Part shown: one piece after another, positions 58,060-64,000 of the stretch
Layout: each line of letters opens with the position of its first letter
Numbering within the stretch: position 1 is the first letter of the stretch
From: Kofleriaceae bacterium
GTDB lineage: Bacteria > Myxococcota_A > Polyangia > Haliangiales > Haliangiaceae
Reading direction: 5' to 3'
Length of the DNA: 64,000 nucleotides
Assembly: GCA_965215005.1 (NCBI GenBank)
Contig: CBDCCZ010000003.1
Span: forward strand, 224,001-288,000
Program-made: the position numbers and the translations under genes
The notes under the pieces: model-generated
What the model was told of the DNA's origin: nothing
The model's database searches: none
The model's input: the letters and a program-made list of their open reading frames with translations, nothing else

Positions 58060-61000
58060 TCAAAAGCCGGGGACGATGACCCGAAGCATTCGGTCCGGCG
58101 CCGCCACACCTTCGACCGCAAGCCGCCGCAGCGCCGCGGCGCGCAGCTCCTCGCCCTCGTCGCCACCGACGATGCCGGCAAGCCGCAGCCGCGCCAGGTC
58201 TGCCGCCAGGTGCATCTCTCGGCTTTCCGCGAGCTCCATCGCTTGGCGGAGCCTGTCGCACGCGCGCGACGCATCGCCTTCCTGATGCGCCAGAGCCGCC
58301 TCGAGTAGCCCCCGCCAGACCCGAGCGTAGCTCTCTTTCTCGCGCGCCAGAAGCCGGATGCTCTTGGTCACCTCGCGGCGCATCGTGCTCGGCTCGTGCC
58401 CCGCTGCGGCCGCCGCCAGCCGCAGCCGCGCTTGCAGCCAATGATGCAGCGTGCGCGGCATTTTCACCCGCATCAAGAGTGAGCTTCCCATCGCTTTAGA
58501 ACCCGTAGAAAGCGCTTCCAACGCACCAACGGCGAGATCTTCGTAAAGCGCGAGCTCGCCGCGCGCCTCGAGCTCGAACCAGTGCTGCACGTGAAAGTGT
58601 CCCTCGAGCGGCAGCCAGTCGGCTTGCGCAAGGTTGAGGTGCGCGGCGGCGGCCTCATCGCGCGCGAGCCAAAGCTCACTGCAGTAGCGGCGAATGGTGG
58701 TCTCGGTATAGCGATCGCCGCGCTGCGCCGCGTCGCGCACCATCTGCTCGAAAGTGGCTCCGAGCTCGCGCATCGACCCCATCCGACGGAGCGCGAACAA
58801 CCGAAACATACGCACCTGACCGATCTCCCAAGGAGCGCCGCGGGTCTCGCTGCTGAGCAGCGACAAGCTGCGATCGAACGTCCGCACCGCCTCGCCGAAG
58901 CTACCTTCGAAATAATGCAGCGCGCCCCAACATGCATCGGTCCACGCGCGGATGTACGGATCATGGTTCTCATCTGACAGTCGCTCGGCGACGCGGGCAA
59001 TGCGCCGAGCTCGACGAAATTGCCCCTGGGCCGCCATGTGGCCAAACTCCAGCGCCAACGCCCGGGCGACCCGCTTGACCTCCCCGGTGCGAAGCGCCCA
59101 CAACAGATCACGGGTGTTGAAGTCCGAGCCGCGAATCGAGTCGACCATCGATAGCCCTTGGCTAATCGACTTGAGCACGTCGACGCGCATGAGCTCCTCG
59201 CGCGCCACTTGGCTCTCGAGACGAGGCTTGAATTTCAGCCCTCGCAGGCGCAGCTTGAGGCGATTCCACAACAGAGACGTGAAGGCGCGGCCAGCGGTCT
59301 TTGGTAAGTAGACGCCCATCTCCACCAACAGCGAGTCCATGGTGTCGAGACCGCGTTCGATGTGGCCACTGATCATCAGCTGCTCGGCCGCCAGTCGCCG
59401 GCACTCCATGCGCGTGGTCGGCTCGGCGCCCTCGGCCGCCGCCAAGAAACAATCGGCGGCCTCAGGTCCGCGCGCCGCGTTGAGCAGCGCATCGCCGAGC
59501 GCCAGCTGCAACGCCCGTAGCGCCGGCCCCTGCGGCTCACTCAATCGCAGCGCGGTGCGATACAGCTGAGCGGCACGATCGAACGCCAAGGCTCTCGCAG
59601 CATGCGCTGCGGCGCGTTCCGCGTAATCCGCCGCTTTCAATCGCTGCCCCGCGGCCTCGAGGTGACGCACTAGCAACTCCGGGCGCTGATCCTCGACCTC
59701 GAGCGCAGCCGCTAGCATTTCGTGCCGCGCGCAGCGCTGCCGGTCATCAAGATGCGATATCACCGCTTCGAGCACGCGGTCGTGATATGGCTCGACCGCA
59801 TTGCCACTGCCGTAGGCGCGCATTCGCACCAGGTGCGCCACCCGCAACAGCGAGAGTCCCTTCTGAAAGTCTTGCGGCGGCAACTTGGTGGCGCGCCGCA
59901 GGACCTCTTGCGACAGCGGCGCGCCAGCCACAGAAATCGACTCGAGGATCAGCTTTGCGCTGGGTGGCAAGCCCTGCACGCGACTCCAGATCGCCTCATC
60001 GAGCCGCACCGGCGCCGTGCCATCTCCCGTCGATGCCACTCGATGTACGAGCTCTGCGATGAACAATGGATGGCCTTCCGCTTCCCGCGCGATCGCGGCG
60101 GCATCGGAATCACTGCTGATACCGCTGCGCAAAAGCAGGGCCCGCGCCAGCTCCAGCGCGCTCTGCGGTACCAGTGCACGAACCTCGAGCTCGCGCACCG
60201 GTGGCGGCAGCACGCGCGCGAGTCGACCGCGTACCTGCTCGAGCGTATGTCCTTCGTCGATGCGCGCGGTGAGCACCAGAAGCAGGCGCGGTGGATCGGG
60301 AGGTCGCAATAGCTCGCGTAGCAGCGCCAGGCTATCGGCATCGGCCCATTGCACATCGTCGATGACGATCATCAGCAAAGAGACTGTGCCGAGGTTGCTC
60401 ATGAGCCGGCGCACCGCTGCGAAGATCCTGCCGCGAAGCTCCTGACTGCCACCGACCTCGAGTCCCGTTCGCGCCCGCGCAATGGCTTCAACCCGTCCGA
60501 GCACCGGAAACATCCGCCGCGCCAGCGCGATCTCGGCAGGCATCACCGCGGCTACGCGGCTATCGTCGAGCGTTCGCAGGTGCTTTGAAAGAGCATCTAT
60601 CACCCCATCGAACGCTTTATAGGGCAAGGCCTCCCGCTCATAACAGCGGCCACTGAGTACCACCACGGCCGGATCGCTAGTGGCGGCTTCGTCGGCAAAC
60701 TTGCGCACCAGCGCCGACTTACCCAAACCAGAAGCACCATGCACCAGCATCGCTGCGCCGCCGCCCCCACGTACTTCGGCCAGCGCTTCGGCCAGCGCCT
60801 TCGCTTCGTGGGTTCTGCCGATGAACGGGGCGTTCATCGACAGGTGTGGAGCTGCCAGAGCTGCTCGTGCCTCGGCTTCGGTGGCTCCCAGACGCTGCAT
60901 GATCGAGCGCTCGGGCGGCCGCTCGCGCGGATCGTACTTGAGCAGCTCGCAACACAGCGACTCGAGATCGTCCGGCAGGTTCGGCACGTGGGAACGCGGC

Positions 61001-61692
61001 GGCGCCGGCACGTGCTGTTGCTTGTCCATCAAGATCTCCAGCACGCTGCCGGTGAACGGCAGGCGGCCCGTGAGTGCCTGATAGAGCAATACGCCCGCTC
61101 CGTACCAATCGACCTCGGGCCCCACCGCCTTGGAAGCCGCTTGCTCTGGCGCCATGTATTCGGCGGTGCCCACCGCGCTACCGTCCGCCGATTGGCGCTC
61201 GAGATCGACCTCGGTGCTGAGACCGAAGTCGAGCAGCACCACACGACCGCTGCTGCTCACCAAGATATTCGACGGCTTGATATCGCGATGAACGGTGCCG
61301 GCGCGATGCAGGGCCGAGAGGCCGAGCGCGAGCTGGCGCAGCGCATCGCGCAGCCGACGCTCATCGAGAACCTGATCAGGACGGACGTAGGAGAGAAAAT
61401 CCACGCCTTCCACCAGCTCCATGGTGAAGAACCAGGCGTGGCCGCTTTGAATCAGCTCGCCCAAGCTCACGAGGTTGGCGTGCTCGAGATCCTGAAGCGT
61501 GCGAAATTCTTTCTTGAGGCGATAGAGCGACTGAGCGTCTACGTTGTGAAGCGTCTTTAAGGCGACGCGCGCCTCCTGGGCGCGGTCGAATACCTCGTAA
61601 ACGACGCCCATCCCGCCAGCGCCGAGCCGACGAATGACCTCGAAGCGCTCCGTCCCTTGAAAGTCGAATGAGGCGTGTGGATTGCCAAGCAC
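58060..61692 (-). CDS. Ser/Thr kinase + AAA (STAND-like) NTPase + TPR-like protein
   Basis: LGAGGMG, VALK, HRDIKPSN, DFG, YMAPE; Walker A GASGLGKS; Walker B IVIDDVQWAD; GHPLFI; helical C-terminus. Confidence 0.93.
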   Translation of the reverse strand: MLGNPHASFDFQGTERFEVIRRLGAGGMGVVYEVFDRAQEARVALKTLHNVDAQSLYRLKKEFRTLQDLEHANLVSLGELIQSGHAWFFTMELVEGVDFLSYVRPDQVLDERRLRDALRQLALGLSALHRAGTVHRDIKPSNILVSSSGRVVLLDFGLSTEVDLERQSADGSAVGTAEYMAPEQAASKAVGPEVDWYGAGVLLYQALTGRLPFTGSVLEILMDKQQHVPAPPRSHVPNLPDDLESLCCELLKYDPRERPPERSIMQRLGATEAEARAALAAPHLSMNAPFIGRTHEAKALAEALAEVRGGGGAAMLVHGASGLGKSALVRKFADEAATSDPAVVVLSGRCYEREALPYKAFDGVIDALSKHLRTLDDSRVAAVMPAEIALARRMFPVLGRVEAIARARTGLEVGGSQELRGRIFAAVRRLMSNLGTVSLLMIVIDDVQWADADSLALLRELLRPPDPPRLLLVLTARIDEGHTLEQVRGRLARVLPPPVRELEVRALVPQSALELARALLLRSGISSDSDAAAIAREAEGHPLFIAELVHRVASTGDGTAPVRLDEAIWSRVQGLPPSAKLILESISVAGAPLSQEVLRRATKLPPQDFQKGLSLLRVAHLVRMRAYGSGNAVEPYHDRVLEAVISHLDDRQRCARHEMLAAALEVEDQRPELLVRHLEAAGQRLKAADYAERAAAHAARALAFDRAAQLYRTALRLSEPQGPALRALQLALGDALLNAARGPEAADCFLAAAEGAEPTTRMECRRLAAEQLMISGHIERGLDTMDSLLVEMGVYLPKTAGRAFTSLLWNRLKLRLRGLKFKPRLESQVAREELMRVDVLKSISQGLSMVDSIRGSDFNTRDLLWALRTGEVKRVARALALEFGHMAAQGQFRRARRIARVAERLSDENHDPYIRAWTDACWGALHYFEGSFGEAVRTFDRSLSLLSSETRGAPWEIGQVRMFRLFALRRMGSMRELGATFEQMVRDAAQRGDRYTETTIRRYCSELWLARDEAAAAHLNLAQADWLPLEGHFHVQHWFELEARGELALYEDLAVGALEALSTGSKAMGSSLLMRVKMPRTLHHWLQARLRLAAAAAGHEPSTMRREVTKSIRLLAREKESYARVWRGLLEAALAHQEGDASRACDRLRQAMELAESREMHLAADLARLRLAGIVGGDEGEELRAAALRRLAVEGVAAPDRMLRVIVPGF

Positions 61693-61818
61693 AGCGAGTC
61701 CTTCGCCACGTCTCCACCCGCTGCTTCCCCCAATCGCGAGTGTACCTCATGGAGCGGTTGCCCTGTGAGACCCTCTTCAGAAGGGTCTATGGGCAAATGA
61801 GCGAGAATGTCGGAGGCG

Positions 61819-62031
61819 TCAAACCAACGGGTCTGCGGTGGGCAGCGTCCCCGCGGCCGTCTTCGCGCTGTACAGGTCGACCAGCTGTTCCTCGAGGCTA
61901 CGCACCATCGCGATGATGCGCTCGGCATCGGCCGTGCCTAGCACCCGAGCCAAGCGTTCTCGCTCGGCATAGAGACAGGTGAGCTGGGCCTCCATGTCAC
62001 CGCGATCTGCGGGCGGATTCTCGTGCGGCAT
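61819..62031 (-). CDS. Small hypothetical helical protein with a duplicated motif
   Basis: MEAQLTCLYAER and LEEQLVDLYSAK; divergent from the HTH-PYP gene. Confidence 0.7.
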   Translation of the reverse strand: MPHENPPADRGDMEAQLTCLYAERERLARVLGTADAERIIAMVRSLEEQLVDLYSAKTAAGTLPTADPLV

Positions 62032-62078
62032 CAACTGGCCAACGCTAGCACTAGTGCGCTACAAAGACGAGAGGCGAA

Positions 62079-62606
62079 ATGGACGATTTACTCACAACCC
62101 AGGAAGTGGCGAAGCTACTCGGCGTTGGCACCACCAGCATCAAGCGGTGGTCCGACGAAGGGAAGCTCCCGGCTTTCAAGACCGCCGGAGGACACCGCCG
62201 TTACCGCCGCGAGGACGTGGAAAAACTGCTACAGCACGCCACCGAGGACGAGGCCCTCCACGCGCGCCTGTCCGGGATGAGTCGCCGCGAAATCGACGCG
62301 TTAGCAGTGGGAGTCGTGCAGCTCGACGATGCCGGAATGGTGCTGCTCTACAACGCCGCAGAGGCGCGGTTTGCCGGTATTTCGGCCGAGGAAGCCGAGG
62401 GCAAGTGCTTCTTCACCGAAGTGGCACCTTGTACCAACAATCGGATTTTGATGGGGCGGTTTCGCGAAGGAATCCGGATCGGCCAACTCGACGCCCGGAT
62501 CGACTACACGTTTACCTATCGCATGCGGCCTACATTCGTCGCCTTGCACCTGTACCGAGATCCGCAGAGTCAGACCAACTGGCTGATCGTCGACCCGCGG
62601 CTCTAG
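62079..62606 (+). CDS. pyp: MerR/excisionase-type HTH fused to a photoactive yellow protein domain
   Basis: N-terminus [26 protein letters not shown]...TAGGHRRY; C-terminus GVVQLDDAG...YNAAE...[13 protein letters not shown]...[10 protein letters not shown], with Y42/E46/C69/F96/M100 equivalents at the Halorhodospira PYP spacing. Confidence 0.92.
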   Translation: MDDLLTTQEVAKLLGVGTTSIKRWSDEGKLPAFKTAGGHRRYRREDVEKLLQHATEDEALHARLSGMSRREIDALAVGVVQLDDAGMVLLYNAAEARFAGISAEEAEGKCFFTEVAPCTNNRILMGRFREGIRIGQLDARIDYTFTYRMRPTFVALHLYRDPQSQTNWLIVDPRL

Positions 62607-63077
62607 GGACGGGCTAAGTGAAGTCCACAGCGCCTTGCCGTGGAGCAGTGCGGTCGCGGGCTGAGAATCTGGCCTGAGCCGACTCGCCTCCATAGGCACG
62701 CAACGATAGGCGGTCGACCGGCCAACATCACTGCACGCACGCGGCCAGCTGCGCCACGGCAACGTCATGGTCGAGATAGTCGTTCCCGAAGTCGCTTCGC
62801 AGGCCATTATGAGCTCATCGCGGTGCTTGCTCGCGAACCAACGTTGAGGAGCCGTGAGCTGCGGCAGAGCCAGAAAATTGGCCCTACCGCTCGGTATCGT
62901 ACGCCGATCCGACCCGTGCGCGCTCACTTAGAAGAACGCGTCACAGCAGCTCCCCGGAATTGAGCACGCCGCGTCACCTTCGTACATGAACCGCAGCAGG
63001 TGCAACGGCGGCCGACGCCCCCGAGCACCGGGCGCGCTATCTGGCCTCCGCGAAGCCGCGTGGCCAAGCGCAAACCG

Positions 63078-64000
63078 CTAGCGCGAATTCGCGCGCGGCC
63101 GCGGAATGGAATACTTCTCGAGCCGCCGCACGAGCATGCGACGGGTCATGCCGAGCATTTGCGCCGCGCGAGTCTGGTTGCCAGCACAATGATCGAGCGC
63201 GGCGACGATGCGCGTTTTCTCGCTGCCACCGATTGGTAGCCGCGCCTCCGCAGGCAGCGACACCGATGGCTCCTCGCCGCGCGCGGCGCCTGCGGTCAAG
63301 GGATCGAGGGCCACGTGATGGGCCTCGATGGGCCCGCCGCCGGAAAACGCGACTGCGCGCTCCATGGCATTGCGCAGCTCGCGAATGTTTCCCGGCCAGC
63401 TGTGGCTGCGAAGCAGCGCCATCGCAGTCGGCGTGATGGTCGGTGCCGGAACCCCGGCGCGATTGGCAGCACGTTCGGCGAGCGCGGTGGCGAGCGGCGC
63501 GAGGTCGCCGGGACGCTCACGCAGCGGCGGGATCACGATTGAGACGCCGTTGATGCGAAAGTAGAGGTCGCGGCGGAACCGGCCATCGCGCACGTCTGCC
63601 GGCAAATCGCGATTGGTAGCCGAAATGAACCGCACGTCGATGGGGATCGACGTGCGACCGCCGATGCGCATCACCCGACGCTCCTCGAGCACCCGCAACA
63701 GCTTCACTTGCAGCGACAGCGGCAGCTCGCCTATCTCATCCAGGAAAACCGTGCCGCCCGAGGCTGCTTCGAGTAGTCCGGCGCGGGTTTGCTGGGCACC
63801 GGTGAAGGCGCCGCGTTCGTGGCCAAACAGCTCGCTCTCGAGCAACGTCTCGACCAGCGCGCCGCAGTTGATGGACATGAAGGTGTGATCACGACGCGGA
63901 GACAGGGCATGGGCGCGACGCGCAAAGACGTCTTTGCCGGCACCACTCTCGCCGAGCAGTAGCAGGCTCAGCTCCGAAGGGGCTAGCCGCGCGACCATCT
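63078..64000 (-). CDS. Sigma54-dependent enhancer-binding protein, 5' part beyond window
   Basis: GESGAGKD, GAFTGA, FLDEIGE, FRRDLYFRI, WPGNIREL, GNQTRAA HTH. Confidence 0.95.
   Translation of the reverse strand, partial: MVARLAPSELSLLLLGESGAGKDVFARRAHALSPRRDHTFMSINCGALVETLLESELFGHERGAFTGAQQTRAGLLEAASGGTVFLDEIGELPLSLQVKLLRVLEERRVMRIGGRTSIPIDVRFISATNRDLPADVRDGRFRRDLYFRINGVSIVIPPLRERPGDLAPLATALAERAANRAGVPAPTITPTAMALLRSHSWPGNIRELRNAMERAVAFSGGGPIEAHHVALDPLTAGAARGEEPSVSLPAEARLPIGGSEKTRIVAALDHCAGNQTRAAQMLGMTRRMLVRRLEKYSIPRPRANSR

Noticed and set aside
62607..63077. Possible chromophore-synthesis gene downstream of pyp
   Set aside because: No ORF with ammonia-lyase or CoA-ligase motifs; only short ORFs without features.

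Overview
A 64-kb GC-rich bacterial chromosomal segment. The gene content suggests a myxobacterium (Myxococcota), which is an inference: four Hanks-type Ser/Thr kinases, PEGA, FHA-sigma54, AgmX/PglI-type, CFI-box-CTERM and Cys-rich lipoproteins, and an MFE-2-like enzyme. The left end has nested insertion sequences: an ISKra4-like (Mutator-type) element inside the tnpC of an IS66 element, which itself appears to sit in the 5' end of a hydrolase gene. The rest is metabolic and housekeeping genes (tdk, mpg, pepN, icmF, FeS-type photolyase, CPA1 antiporter) mixed with signalling genes. The strongest candidates for undescribed biology are: (1) a MerR/excisionase-type HTH fused to an intact photoactive yellow protein (PYP) domain, divergent from a small two-repeat protein and a kinase-NTPase gene; (2) a ~150-nt intergenic rod-shaped RNA structure that pairs much better on the minus strand; (3) a DUF4266-DUF3570-lipoprotein-DUF2271/FN3/CFI-box cluster with flavinylation-like motifs and no apbE nearby; (4) a divergent C-terminal-kinase / lidless Hsp70 / J-TPR-PilZ-like module; (5) a ~90-bp dispersed repeat, one copy of which lies in frame inside a LytS kinase. 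Two single-base frameshifts may be sequencing errors. No rRNA, tRNA or CRISPR array was seen. All family calls are from motif recognition by eye; no database searches were run.
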